Shown piece by piece: positions 25,150 through 38,620 of a stretch of 64,000 nt of DNA; position 1 is the stretch's first letter; each line of letters starts with the position of its first letter. Below the pieces are notes generated by a model. The model had not been told where the DNA came from. It did not search any database and saw nothing but the letters and a program-made list of their open reading frames with translations. The stretch is from Octopus sinensis (taxonomy: Eukaryota). Where the stretch lies: the NCBI RefSeq assembly GCF_006345805.1, contig NC_043007.1, positions 13,144,001-13,208,000 on the forward strand. The letters are read 5' to 3'. The position numbers and the translations under genes were made by a program.

Positions 25150-25500
25150 TACGTGCTTCAGTCATTGAACTGCGGCCATGCTGGGGCACAGTTTTGAAAG
25201 GTCTTAGTGGAACAAATAGACCCAAATGCCTATTTTTTAAAAGCCTGGTGTCTCTTGCCGATCCGCTAAGTTGCGGGACGTAAACCACCCAACCAACACC
25301 GGTTGTCAAGCAGTGGTGGGCTCAACACACACACACACACACACACACGCACATATGATGGGGTTCCACAAAGTTTCCGTTTACCAAATTCACTAATGCG
25401 GCACTGGTCGGCCAGGGGCTATAGGAGAGGATATCTGCCTAAGGTGCTGCACAGTGGGACTGAACCCACAACCTCATGGTTGAAAAGCACGCTTCTTAAC
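25150..25500 (-). mobile_element. SINE family B, diverged
   Basis: Consensus match. Confidence 0.75.
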
Positions 25501-25540
25501 TACACAGATACACTTACACCTATATTAATGCATGCATACA

Positions 25541-25576
<36 letters not shown>

Positions 25577-25988
25577 TATCACTGTTGCTGTTGCCGACCA
25601 GGCTATCAGATGTTGCCACACATCGCTGGTCACAGTGCGCTTCGCATTGTTTTAGCTAAGCGAGCAGGCCAATATATATATATATATATATATCGTCTCA
25701 TATTTATTTCGTCCGCCAACGTTATAACTATGAGTGCTTTTTGCACCATACGTCCATGGGAGAGCGCTCTATGAGTAAATAGCGCAGTGCTCAGTGTTCA
25801 AGCAAAGTATCCATGTTATGCTGGACACGCACGCACGCACGTACACGTGCGCGCACTTGCATACACATAGTTGCCTGCTAGAGACGTTTCTATAAGTTTT
25901 GCCTCCGATCATCTTCAAGTAACTTTTATATTTCACACATATCTGTTGGTTAGGTTTGAACTCAGGACCTTTATTAGCATTTTCATAG

Positions 25989-26070
25989 GTGGTTAAGATT
26001 GCTGAAATCCTGCATCTGGAATCGGAGACTGGTTTCACACTCGGCCTAGGAGATATGCGTATAGGCGAAT
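25989..26070 (+). CDS. Putative coding exon (phase 0-1): VVKIAEILHLESETGFTLGLGDMRIGE
   Basis: Acceptor TTTTTCATAG, donor AAT|GTAAGA; 82 nt; only one of three frames is open. Confidence 0.7.
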
Positions 26071-26445
26071 GTAAGATACTTAAAAATGGCGGAACATTGA
26101 AGCGATTGAAAGAAAAATGTAGATAAAGAAAGGGATATAAAGTCACGCTGAAAAATGTCACAGTTTTGGCATGGAAAAAGAAAAACATTTCAGGAAATAA
26201 TCTCATATTTCATTGTAATACCATAAATGATAGTTAAAATAATTAGACATCTGATATTTTCTGTCACTTATTAACTGATAACACGACATGCACACAATGA
26301 CAACCCAATTTATATAATGACATTATACGTATGTGAAACATCATGTTTTATTCAATACAAGTACATTATCCGCTCAGTTACTAACAGGGGAAGGAAAAAC
26401 CATATTTTATTTCATCTATTCAGTTTCAGTCACAATACTTCATTA

Positions 26446-26795
26446 GCTAACAGTATCGCCCGGCGTTGCTCGGGTTTCTTTCGACCCTTTAGAATTGGAA
26501 TTGTGCATTATGTAGCTTGTTATTCACTTTAAGTGAACATTTTTCTGGTTGAAATACACCGAAAAATGGCGACACAGCAGGGGATTTTCATAGAAAAAAA
26601 TCACCTTTTTGATGTAAATAATTTTTGGTGTTAACATGGTCCGATTTGAATTTTTTCTTCTACGGAAGGAAGAGCAAGCCTTCTATCATAATCTCAATTT
26701 TGGTCAACTTGCGCTGCAGGGTCTCGGAGGAGATAGTGTTAGTTGAAAGCTACCAAACCTGCCAGACACAGACAACTTAAGCTTCATATATAGGG
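26446..26795 (+). mobile_element. Helentron/DINE-1-like non-autonomous element (HINE-like)
   Basis: Starts CTA(A)CAGTATCGCCCGGCGTTGCTCGGG (subterminal hairpin) and ends CAGACAAC..AGCTT.ATATATAG. Confidence 0.6.
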
Positions 26796-27112
26796 AGATA
26801 ACGTTACGTAACAGACGAAAATATTGTCAAGTTATTATAATATAGATATTATAATAAAGATATAATTATTATAATATAGATATTATAATATAGATATTAT
26901 AATAAGTTATTATAATATATATATTGCAACAAAACAACAACAAAAAAAGCCGTCAAAATTTTAATCAGTTACTTAAGTTTTCCTCCGGCATTTTCCTGTG
27001 AATTTTTTTCCTTGCAACTTTTGCCTTGTTTATTTTTTAATGGATTCATTCACTCAACAATAGACACATTTAGGTTTCTCTGCTTATCGCTTACATATAT
27101 ATAACAGTGTTT

Positions 27113-27143
<31 letters not shown>

Positions 27144-27231
27144 GACCCAGGCCAGTCAGCTGTGAGCAGATCCTTGGCCAAAAACTTTCCAGTCATAACC
27201 CATTTTGTTTTCGGGCTGAGAAATGAATAAT

Positions 27232-27630
27232 AGGCGCAGGAGTGGCTGTGTGGTAAGTAGCTTGCTAACCAACCACATGGTTCCAGGTTCAGTCCCACTG
27301 CATGGCACCTTGGGCAAGTGTCTTTTGCTATATCCCCGGGCCGACCAATGCCTTGTGAGTGGATTTGGTAGACGGAAACTGAAAGAAGCCTGTCGTATAT
27401 ATGTATATATATATGTGTGTGTTTGTGTGTCTGTGTTTGTTCCCCTAGCATTGCTTGACAACCGATGCTGGTGTGTTTACGTCCCCGTCACTTAGCGGTT
27501 CGGCAAAAGAGACCGATAGAATAAGTACTGGGCTTACAAAAAATAAGTCCCGGGGTCGATTTGCTCGACTAAAGGCGGTGCTCCAGCATGGCCGCAGTCA
27601 AATGACTGAAACAGGTAAAAGAGTAAAGAG
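27232..27630 (+). mobile_element. SINE family B, full length
   Basis: tRNA-like head GGCGCAGGAGTGGCTGTGTGGTAAG..GGTTCAGTCCC; tail (GTAAAAGA)n. Confidence 0.9.
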
Positions 27631-27842
27631 TATCCAACGTGTCCTTTGTTTTAGAACGCGATGGAGTTTAAATTTGAATTTAAATCTGGCGGAAGCCAAC
27701 TTCTGCAGGTCTGATTACAGCCAGTACTTTCTAGTGAGAATGTGGGGAGAGAAATCGGGTGCAAGAAGGACAGCTGGACAGTTCGATCTGAGATAAATCA
27801 ACACTCACACGCACTCGCTCGCTCGCTCGCAGAGAGTACAAT

Positions 27843-28228
27843 GGAAGCACTCCGTCGGTTACGACGATGAGGGTTCCGGTTGATCCGAATCAACGGAACA
27901 GCCTGCTCGTGAAATTAACGTGTAAGTGGCTGAGCACTCCACAGACACGTGTACCCTTAACGTAGTTCTCGGGGATATTCAGCGTGACACAGAGAGTGAC
28001 AAGGCCGGCCCCTTGAAATACAGGTACAACAGAAACAGGAAGTAAGAGTGAGAGAAAGTTGTGGTGAAAGAGTACTGCAGGGATCACCACCATCCCCTGC
28101 CGGAGCCTCGTGGAGCTTTTAGGTGTTTTCGCTCAATAAACACTCACAACGCCCGGTCTGGGAATCGAAACCGCGATCCTATGACCGCGAGTCCGCTGCC
28201 CTAACCACTGGGCAATTGCGCCTCCACT
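27843..28228 (-). mobile_element. SINE family C, full length with 12-bp TSD
   Basis: Head GGAGGCGCAAT.GCCCAGTGGTTAGGGCAGCGGACTCGCGG..GGTTTCGATTCCC; TSD AGAGAGTACAAT. Confidence 0.9.
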
Positions 28229-28399
28229 AGAGAGTACAATAAAGACCATTTAGCTGATGTTCTAGCAGGCTGCGCGACCTCGTAAGTGCTTCCTCGCTCT
28301 CTGATACAGTCTCTCACGATATTGATTTAAAGTGTCTGCAACATCATGCCTACGGGAACAATTAACGTTGACATTCACAGTAAAACAAAAGATTGTTGT

Positions 28400-28560
28400 T
28401 TTAACCGGTTTGCGAACCTAAAACTCATCAAGAACGACTCGAGTTCTGCAAGCACTGGAAACCATATTTGTTTAGAAGGAAATCCTGGTAGTAATGGTAT
28501 AAGAGTTGGGTTAGATTTCAAGTTTGTAAACCAGTTGAAAGTAATACAGGTGTTTCTTAG
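28400..28560 (-). mobile_element. Possible DIRS-type retroelement RNase H relic
   Basis: PTLIPLLPGFPSKQIWFPVLAELESF resembles the DIRS 'LIVP.WP.Q.WFP.L.EL' segment. Confidence 0.35.
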
Positions 28561-28770
28561 TTTCGATTGCCAACATTTATTGTTCTTAACAGATGTAAGG
28601 CTCGGCTGTGCGGTCAAGCAGTTCGCTTCCCGGTTACGTGCTTTCAGTTTTACTGTGCAATACCTTCAGTGGCAGTTTTCTACACCGGCTTCAAACCAAC
28701 TGAAGTGTTTTGGGGGTAGGATTTAGTATACAGAAGAGCTGTTGTTGTTCTCCGATTGTAAACATAATTC

Positions 28771-29301
28771 GGATCTTTTCGGTTTGAACGGCAGTTTTTT
28801 CTAGCGATGTCATATGAAATTGTCATCCATAATTATGACCCTAGTATCGATCTATGAAATTGTCATCCATAATTATGACCCTAGTATCGATCTAGTATCG
28901 ATCTGTTTTAAGGTTAGGGGTGGGGAGAAGGGTATATTTTTTTTTCACAAATGTAAATAAACCCAATCTATTGCATTTCAATCTGTTTTAGGGTTAGGGG
29001 TGGGGGGAAGGGTATCTTTTTTTCTTCACAAGTGTAAATAAAGCCAATCTGTTTCTTAAACGAGGGACATATTCATACGGCACAGAATGTTTTTTTTTTA
29101 CCTCAATAGACGTCAGTGATTGGTTGAAATTGCAGAAATTGAAGAAAACAACAACAAATATCTTACAAACTATAGAATTTTCTCAATAAAGCCAAGAGAA
29201 AAAGATGTTTTATAAACACATTCTACCAGCATACGAAGTTTAAAAGTGTTTAGTTTCGTGGAAATTATTTTAAAAAACTGCCGTTCAAACCCAAAAGATC
29301 C
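28771..29301. mobile_element. MITE with GG-terminal ~29-bp TIRs and 8-bp TSD (Merlin-like), copy 1
   Basis: GGATCTTTTCGGTTTGAACGGCAGTTTTT ... AAAAACTGCCGTTCAAACCCAAAAGATCC; perfect TSD CATAATTC; two internal tandem duplications. Confidence 0.85.
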
Positions 29302-29576
29302 CATAATTCATTGTCCGACTGAATACCTACATCTGTCCCTTGGTTGCTTTTTTTTTTCAGAATTTCTGGCGTTGTAAGTAAGCATTGGGGCCAGGTTTTC
29401 GGTTTCAGATATCTTTCTCCTTCCCTCCATCAGTCTCAGAAGCTCTGAACAGTATCATGCACTTTGTCCTTCCTTTTCTAAGTAAGTGTATATTTATTAG
29501 TGAAGTGTGTGTGTGCGAAGTGTGTGTGTGTGTGTAACGCCTCTGGAGAAATAGGCAGCGCTCATGTCCTTTGCAG

Positions 29577-29654
29577 GTAGTCTAAAACCGATGAGCTTGA
29601 TGCCACTAACGTTCCATTTGAACTGGTTACAAGCCCAACAGCAGCAAGAAAGAG
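29577..29654 (+). CDS. Putative coding exon (phase 1-1): (C)SLKPMSLMPLTFHLNWLQAQQQQER
   Basis: Acceptor GTCCTTTGCAG, donor GAG|GTGAGC; only one open frame. T+GT completes Cys with the previous exon. It could instead read through to a stop as a terminal exon (..ERGEQRGDSTEPIF*). Confidence 0.65.
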
Positions 29655-29857
29655 GTGAGCAGAGAGGAGATTCCACTGAGCCAATATTCTAGTGGGGAAG
29701 AAGGGGGAATAATGGTTAGTGTGGTCTCTGCAATATTCGATACAGATGAGTGTGTCGGAAGAGTTTAATGGAGGAGGCAAGTACATCTCCGAGGAACATT
29801 ATAACACCGATAGAAAAGACTGAGAGGACAGTGTCGGTAGCAGCAACCGTAGTAGTA

Positions 29858-30050
29858 GAGGCGCAATGGCCCAGTGGTTAGGGCAGCGGATTCGCGGTTG
29901 TAAGAATGCGGTTTCGATTCCCAGACCGGGCATTGTGAGTGTTTATTGAGCAAAAACATCTAAGCTCTACGAGGCTCCGGCATGAGTGGTAGGGGGGTGA
30001 ACCCCGCTGAACTCTTTCACCACAACTTTCTCTCACTCTTTCTTCCTACT
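29858..30050 (+). mobile_element. SINE family C, 3'-truncated
   Basis: Same head. Confidence 0.8.
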
Positions 30051-31092
30051 TCTTCCACAAAGCAGAGGAACCATGGTGTAACCCACTATGGTGTGGTAAA
30101 ACTTTCAGACTCTAGTCTAGATTGCGAACCCTCTGTACCCCAGGATGGTTCGGCTCTCCACCCGTTCAAAGCCACCGTTTACGGAATGAGGATAACAACG
30201 TAGCTTTCGCTCCCGTGCAACCGCCAGTCTATCACATGTGAGGCTCGAATTAGAGATTACTCTTTGTGGCTAATAGCGTGAGTCCTGATTGGAAGAAGAA
30301 GAAGAATCTCACCTTAGTACCTAAGAAAAGGTTAGGAGAGACTAGATCAATGTAGTCCTTGATATCTCTAAAATGATGGGATGGTCGCAAGCAGAATGCC
30401 TTTGGATCAATCATAAAAGTCTGTTCGATCAGAGTTGATCCGAGGAATATTTAGCTATTTTTTGTCTGCTATTTCATTGGCTCGTTCATGTAACAAAAAA
30501 AACAAATAAATCTTTGCCAAATCGAAGTCGTGATCTGCTTTCGATTTCCAGTGAATGCTAGTTAAATTAAGTTTCTAGGTAACCTTGGGAAATTCATCAA
30601 CGTCGCAATCCTTTCATTTCCCTTTCTTAAAATGTGAGGCTTCTGTATGTTTATTAAAAAAAAAAAAAGAAGATATTTGTTTTCCCCAATAAATCATTAA
30701 ATTACATTTTCCCTGTCCCCCCCCCCCAACTTTAATTAATAAACGTAAATTACTTTCGTCGTGACAAAAATAAAATCAGAATAGCTGTTTGACTGCAGTA
30801 ACGATATTAACAGACTTTCTAATTCTATTAATTAACTGGTCTTATCATCTTAGTAATGAATGCAATCTCATTAGAAATTCATTAATGAAGTTACTTCGTC
30901 GAGATAGTTCCATTTAGATAAGTGGTTCTTGGAATTTAGTAACTCATCTCCCCCACCCTCGTTCACCGAATGGTGTTTTAAATAAGTCCCCCTTCGCATA
31001 AAATGGATTATCTTAATTCAACAGAACTTAATTATGAGCAGTGATCTATTATCCAAATGCTATTATTCAGTCTCACCCAGCTTGTACTTACC

Positions 31093-31350
31093 TACTTTAT
31101 TTCTTTGCGCCCTTTTAAAGCCTATCCAGGCTCATGGGCCGGGTTCCCGGTTTCTATGGCGTATGTGTTCCCCAGCTGGACGGGACGCCTGTCCATCGCA
31201 GCGTTACTCATATTTGCCAGCTGAGTGGACTGGAGCAACGTGAAATGAAGTGTTTTGCTCAAGAACACAACGCGTCGCCCGGTCCAGGAATCGAAACCAC
31301 AATCTTACGTCCATGATGCTGACACCCTAACCACTAAGACACGCGCCTCC
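31093..31350 (-). mobile_element. SINE family D (V-domain-like); partial copies at about 195-300 (+) and 32030-32095 (-)
   Basis: tRNA-like head then GTTCTTGAGCAAAACACTT...CTGCGATGGAC.GGCGTCCCGTCCAG, resembling the V-SINE core. Confidence 0.7.
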
Positions 31351-31377
31351 ACGTACTTGCCTACATTGGTTTCAAAT

Positions 31378-31975
31378 TTGGCACAAGGCCAAGTTCGGCG
31401 GAGGGGGAAAGCCGATTACATCGACTCCAGTATCTATCTGGTATTTATTTTATCTACCCTGAAAGAACGAAAAGCAAAGTCGACCTCGGCGGGATTTGAA
31501 CTCAGAACACGAAGACTGACGAAATGCCGCTTAGCGTTTTGTCCGGCGTGCTAACGATTCTTTTTTTTTTTTTTGTCCACAAGGGGCTAAACATAAAGGG
31601 GACAAACAAGGGCAGACAAAGGGATTAAGTCGATTATATCGACGCCAGTGCGTAACTGGTACTTATTTAATCAACCCCGAAAGGATGAAAGGCTAAGTCG
31701 ACTTCGGCGGAATTTGACCTCAGAACGTAACGGCAGACGAAATGCCTATTTCTTTACTACCCACAAGGGGCTAAACACAAAGGGGACAAACAAGGACAAA
31801 CGGATTAAGTCGATTATACCGACCCCAGTGCGTAACTGGTACTTATTTAATTGATCCCGAAAGGATGAAAGGTAAAGTCGACCTCGGCGGAATTTGAATT
31901 CAGAACGTAACAGCAGATGAAATACGGCTACGCATTTCGCCTGGCGTGCTAACGTTTCTGCCAGCTCGCCGCTTT
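31378..31975 (-). mobile_element. SINE family A trimer
   Basis: Three head-to-tail units; the last has the alternative tail. Confidence 0.8.
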
Positions 31976-32310
31976 TATTGAAACCTATTTACAGCTGTGT
32001 TGAGCAGAGCAAAGCACTCCAAAAAAAAAAAAATGGAGTGTTTTGCTCAAGAATGCAGCGCACCACCAGGTCTGGACCGGGAATCGGAAAGAAAATCCTA
32101 CTGACTTAAAACGACATCGAACTGTGGAAAGGATTGAGAAGGTGAAAAGGAAAATGTAACTGAAAATATACAGATAAGGTAATGGTAGTTAGTTGTGTTG
32201 CGGCATGTCACACCTTACGAAGGGAGTTTGAAGACACAGCAAATCAAAATTTTACTTTCGACAATCGGAAGTAGTAAAATGTAGTCTATGTATATACAGA
32301 TATATATATA

Positions 32311-32962
32311 CTAGCAGTATCGCCCGACGCTGCTCGGGTTTGTTTCGACCCTTTAGAATTGGAATTTTTGAAAAGTAAAAATTTTGCCTTATGTAGCTTG
32401 TTATTCTCTTTAAGTGAACATTTTTCTGGTTGAAATACACCGAAAAATGACGACACAGCAGTCAAAAAAAAATCGTAAAAAATAGGGATTTTCGTAGAAA
32501 TTGAACTCAGAACATAAAAGCAGACGTTCAGCATTTCACTCGGTGTGCTAACGATTCTGCTAACTCGCCGTCTTGTATATGTTCAACTAGCAGTATCGCC
32601 CGGCGTTGCTCGGGTTTGTAAGGGAAATAACTATAAAGCATTTTTAGAGAGTTATAGCCAAAAAATAGCAAAAAAATGGAAAAAAAATTATGGTAAATTG
32701 TTTTTGAGAGTTAAAAAGGTCGAGTTGCGTCCCCGTGGTTTGTGTTTCTGATTCTCGACCCCATGTCGAATTTATCGATTTTTTTCAGAACTGGGGGAAC
32801 TTTTCAAAATTTTCGCTGCGTTAGTTTTGAATTATGACATTGGGCTATGTGTGTGTCAAGTTTCATCAGAATCGGTTGAAAGCCGTGGTCAGAGTGAGGA
32901 TACAACCTAACAGACACACAGACACGCAGACAGACAAACTGCCGTTTATATAGAGAGAGATA
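32311..32962 (+). mobile_element. Two HINE-like elements (partial 32311-32490; different subtype 32587-32962) separated by a SINE relic
   Basis: Both begin CTAGCAGTATCGCCCG(A/G)CG.TGCTCGGG; the second ends CAGACAGACAAACTGCCGTTTATATAGAGAG. Confidence 0.6.
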
Positions 32963-33094
32963 TTGATCTCAATTGTGTCAGCGGCACCCCGCTTCGAACC
33001 ACATTACATATAACTGATAACATGTCATAGATTACAAAAAAACTTGAAACACATCTATACATGAGTTAATTTATGCAAGCGTTGTTTTGATGTA

Positions 33095-33512
33095 TATTTC
33101 TTTACTACCCACAAGGGGCTAAACACAGAGGGGACAAACAAGGACAGACAAACGGATCAAGTCGATTATATCGACCCCAGTGCGTAACTGGTACTTATCT
33201 AATCGACCCCGAAAGGATGACAGGCAAAGGTCGACCTCGGCGGAATTTGAACTCAGAACGTAACGGCAGACGAAATACCTATTTCTTTACTACCCACAAG
33301 GGGCTAAACACAGAGGGGACAAACAAGGACAGACAAACGGATCAAGTCGATTATATCGACCCCAGTGCGTAACTGGTACTTATCTAATCGACCCCGAAAG
33401 GATGACAGGCAAAGTCGACCTCGGCGGAATTTGAACTCAGAACGTAACGGCAGACGAAATACGGCCACGCGTTTGGCCCGGCGTGCTAACGTTTCTGCCA
33501 GCTCGCCGCCTT
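33095..33512 (-). mobile_element. SINE family A dimer with near-identical units
   Basis: Junction GAAATAC|CTATTTC. Confidence 0.9.
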
Positions 33513-33833
33513 AGTGTTACACACGTAATCATTCATGTATAGTGCGGTCCGAATCGGAGAAGTACGGAAACAATTTTGATCGACACTAAACATACGCCAT
33601 ATTGACGACTTCGTCTTCTCCCGTGTCTTTTATGTTACTCTATGAAATAATTATATACTAGTTATATCAGATCTGGAGTTCCTGTGCCAGTGGACTCCTT
33701 TAAATACCAGTCTTGAAGTGTAGGTATCCGGGAGCGCGTATTGAGGGTTGAATGGAGAATACACCAAACTTTTTCCTAAATCCAAACTTACACTATGTAT
33801 ACGCGCACACATGTATTTATATCTTTATACATA

Positions 33834-33834
<1 letters not shown>

Positions 33835-33876
<42 letters not shown>

Positions 33877-33939
33877 TATATATATATGTATATATTATAT
33901 ATATATATGTATATATATATATAATATATATATATATAG

Positions 33940-33978
<39 letters not shown>

Positions 33979-33991
33979 GTATATATATATA

Positions 33992-34035
<44 letters not shown>

Positions 34036-34074
34036 TATATATATATATATATATGTATTATATATATATATATG

Positions 34075-34122
<48 letters not shown>

Positions 34123-34196
34123 TATATATATATAATGTATATATATATATTATATATATATGTATATATATATATATGTATATATATATCTATATG

Positions 34197-34231
<35 letters not shown>

Positions 34232-34274
34232 GTATATATATAATATATATATGTATATATATATATATTATATG

Positions 34275-34331
<57 letters not shown>

Positions 34332-34341
34332 GTATATATAT

Positions 34342-34422
<81 letters not shown>

Positions 34423-34450
34423 ATATATACCCACACATATTTATATATAT
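33835..34450. repeat. Long imperfect (AT)n array
   Basis: Direct reading. Confidence 0.98.
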
Positions 34451-34815
34451 ACTAGCAGTATTGCTCGGGTTTGTTTCGACCCTTTAGAATTGGAATTTTG
34501 GAAAAGTAAAAATTTTGCATTATGTAGCTTGTTATTTTCTTTAAGTGAACATTTTTGTGGTTGAAATACACCGAAAAATGGCGACACAACAGTAAAAAAA
34601 TCGTAAAAAATAGGGATTTTCATAGAAAAAAAGCACCTTTTTGATGTAAATAATTTTTGGTGTTAACATGGTCCGATTTGAAGAGCAAGCCTTCTTCTAT
34701 CATACTCTCAATTTTGGTCAACTTGCGCCGCTGGGTCTCGGAGGAGAAAGTGTTAGTTGAAGGATACCAAACCTGCCATACACAGACAACTTCAGCTTTA
34801 TATATAGAGAGATAG
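34451..34815 (+). mobile_element. HINE-like element
   Basis: Same body as 26446 and 40592; follows an (AT)n array. Confidence 0.65.
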
Positions 34816-35224
34816 AGATTACTTTTATATGCACATAACGCACGCACGCACAGACGTCGATGTAAGCACTAAGAGCACCTTAAGACTAATGAACGTGATA
34901 CTGATATGACATCGCGTTTCCAATTTTGGAATCCTTATTCTAAAAGGGAACATGATACGGACGATATTTGTGAGAACAATTAACAGCATCGTGATTCTAT
35001 TGGAACATTTGAGCGATTTTGTTTGTGAATTATGTTTTCGGTAAACCTTTACTATTACACTCGTCTCACCAACAGGCAGATCTTTACCTAAAAGAATTTA
35101 CCAAAAATTATTCATGTTGATCTGTGACTATTGTATTTTGCCTCGTATTTTGGTGTAACGTGTCTGTGGAATATCTCTCTCTCTCTCTTTCTTTCTCTGT
35201 GTCTCTCTCTGAGTTTCTTTCACT

Positions 35225-35269
<45 letters not shown>

Positions 35270-35678
35270 CAAGATATGATGTTTTTTAAACGAGTCGTTA
35301 GTGTTGTATGTATAATTCATATCATAGCTATGGAACGTGGAAATCTGGGAAATATGGTGTGATCACAATCAATAAAACATCCAAGAAATATTGGTTTTAT
35401 TTTTAATGATATAATATTTATTGGTATTTTTTTTTCAACATGCATTGTGTTCCGTCAAACTCCGAACTCTGAGTAATTCCTAATGAGAATATGAGCTGGA
35501 TTCAAATTCACCTGTTAAGTAAGTTCATGCCTTGGTGAAACTCTGTGACAACAAAGAAGTAAAGGCTGTCGATCCTAACCAGGTCACATCCGGAAGCTGT
35601 TCAGCAGCCTACCACTTTAGTTATGGCAGAGAATAGCTCCTTCTGGAACAGATTCATAGTAACATTTTTTCTTGTTGT

Positions 35679-35684
35679 TTTATT
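35679..35684 (-). promoter_or_regulatory. Candidate polyadenylation signal (AATAAA) of the PABP-like gene
   Basis: AATAAA about 30 nt after the stop codon, followed by an A-rich run (ACAACAAGAAAAAA). Confidence 0.45.
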
Positions 35685-35713
35685 TGTCTTAACTCTGCAA
35701 TTCCGTCATAGGT

Positions 35714-36997
<1,284 letters not shown>

Positions 36998-37384
36998 TTA
37001 AATGATGATCGTGTCAAAGTAGAGAAGAACTTTGATTTAAATTGTTTTTAAGCGTTCAGCTGTCAGCACATGACAAACTCGATAACGTCTCAAAGTTACA
37101 TGACGTTTTACTCGTGGTTTTTCTCAATTACGTGCAGGGAAACTGAAGCACAACGTTGCAATTCAAATATTCATTGTTTATATTTACGTTTTAAGACCTT
37201 GTGTTTATAGCGAGGAAAGAAAAAAAGGATTGTGTGGCATTCATACCACACCGACACTGTCTCTGATATCTCAGCAAAATTATGAAATCAATTTCTCTTT
37301 TATTTTGCTGTCTCATTGCTATAAAATACGAAAAGCTGATTTATTTGTAAGTCGTCTAAAACATGTTTGTTGAAATTCAAGGAT

Positions 37385-37427
<43 letters not shown>

Positions 37428-37965
37428 ATATATACACATATATATATATGTATATATATACATGTATGTATGTGTGTGTTTGTGTATGTATATGTGTGTA
37501 TGTGTTTCAATGTATGCATATTTATGTATATATGTGGTGGGGGTAGATAGTGGAATGTGTTTGATTAGTGTGGTAAAAGAATCGATCGTTCGATCTCCAC
37601 AGTGTTTACCCATCAAATATCCACGGCACAATAATGCTGAGGTGATGGGGGGGGACCTGTTTGATTGCAGAGAGATGCTGGTGCTGCAGTCTATGGCGCT
37701 CCACTTTGACGTTTCCTCCTACTGACAACTTGGCCATCAATGAGATATGAATCCCCCGACGGAATTTGAACTCAAAATGCACAGATCTGGAGTAAATATC
37801 ACAAGTTATCTCGTAGGACACTAACAACTCTGCCTATCTATCACCCTGGACTGATACTCTATTTATCGATCCTTGAATGGCGGAAAGGCAAAGTTTATCT
37901 CATCATGATTTGAACTCAAAGCGCAAATGTTTTTGAGCGCAAAGATCCAGTACAAATACCACAAG

Positions 37966-38063
37966 GTATCCCAGCGATCTCCTTTTCACCATATCTCTGC
38001 AAACCCTTATTGAAATCACTGTCCCACAAATAGAGAATTTTATTGGATAAAATATTACCAAAC
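37966..38063 (-). pseudogene. Rearranged two-piece fragment of the PABP-like gene
   Basis: 37966-38040 matches 36752-36826 (74/75). 38036-38063 matches 36524-36551 (27/28). The pieces overlap at AATTT and are in reversed order relative to the gene. Confidence 0.85.
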
Positions 38064-38224
38064 GCTTTAGAGACTCTTCCGTAAAAAGAATCAGACCCTT
38101 TGCCATTTTCGACGATGAATCTTCCAGCTGTTCGATCAACTGAACAGTCTAGCCATCCATCCATCCATCTCCTCCGTTTTCTATTCTTGCGGGGGTCGTG
38201 GGAGTAGAGTCTTCAGGCACCTCC

Positions 38225-38620
38225 TCCATAGGGAGGCTGAATTGGGTGCTGGAATTGCTGATGCTAGCAGAGTATTGCCCAAACCCTAAACCCCAGCATT
38301 CAATCCTCAGAGGAAGAGAGACTTGTAAAAAGAAGAAAAAAGTCAAATTCGCTATCGTTAATTCGGTTTCCCTTCCTCTCCTCACCTATGGTCTTGAATG
38401 TTAGGGAATAACGGTAAGAATACGATCACGAAAATAAGCGGCCGAAATGGGATTCTTCCGAAGGATCTCTGAGTAACGTTACTCTGCTGGTTGCAAGCTT
38501 GGAGGTCAAGGAGTATCCTCAGGTCAAGTTGTTACTTCTCCGCATTGAGAGAGAGGTCACAGTTCTAGTATTGTAGGCATGTGAAGTGTCCTCGTATTAC
38601 GATAGCTATCGTTTATCTCA
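38225..38620 (+). mobile_element. Degenerate RTE-clade LINE fragment
   Basis: LPLLTYGLEC*GITVRIRSRK*AAEMGFFRRIS and LLLRIER motifs, with stops and frameshifts. Confidence 0.7.

Noticed and set aside
27655-27712. Exon-like MEFKFEFKSGGSQLLQ
   Set aside because: It resembles a decayed SINE A B-box region and gives a stop when joined to the preceding exon.
33752-34564. Long YI/IY-repeat ORFs (also 8149-8631, 11243-11810, 53355-53998)
   Set aside because: They are microsatellite translations.
37916-38164. 82-aa ORF spanning the PABP fragment as a new chimeric protein
   Set aside because: It starts in a (GGAT)n repeat, reads most of the PABP piece out of frame and ends in a SINE relic; there is no support for translation.
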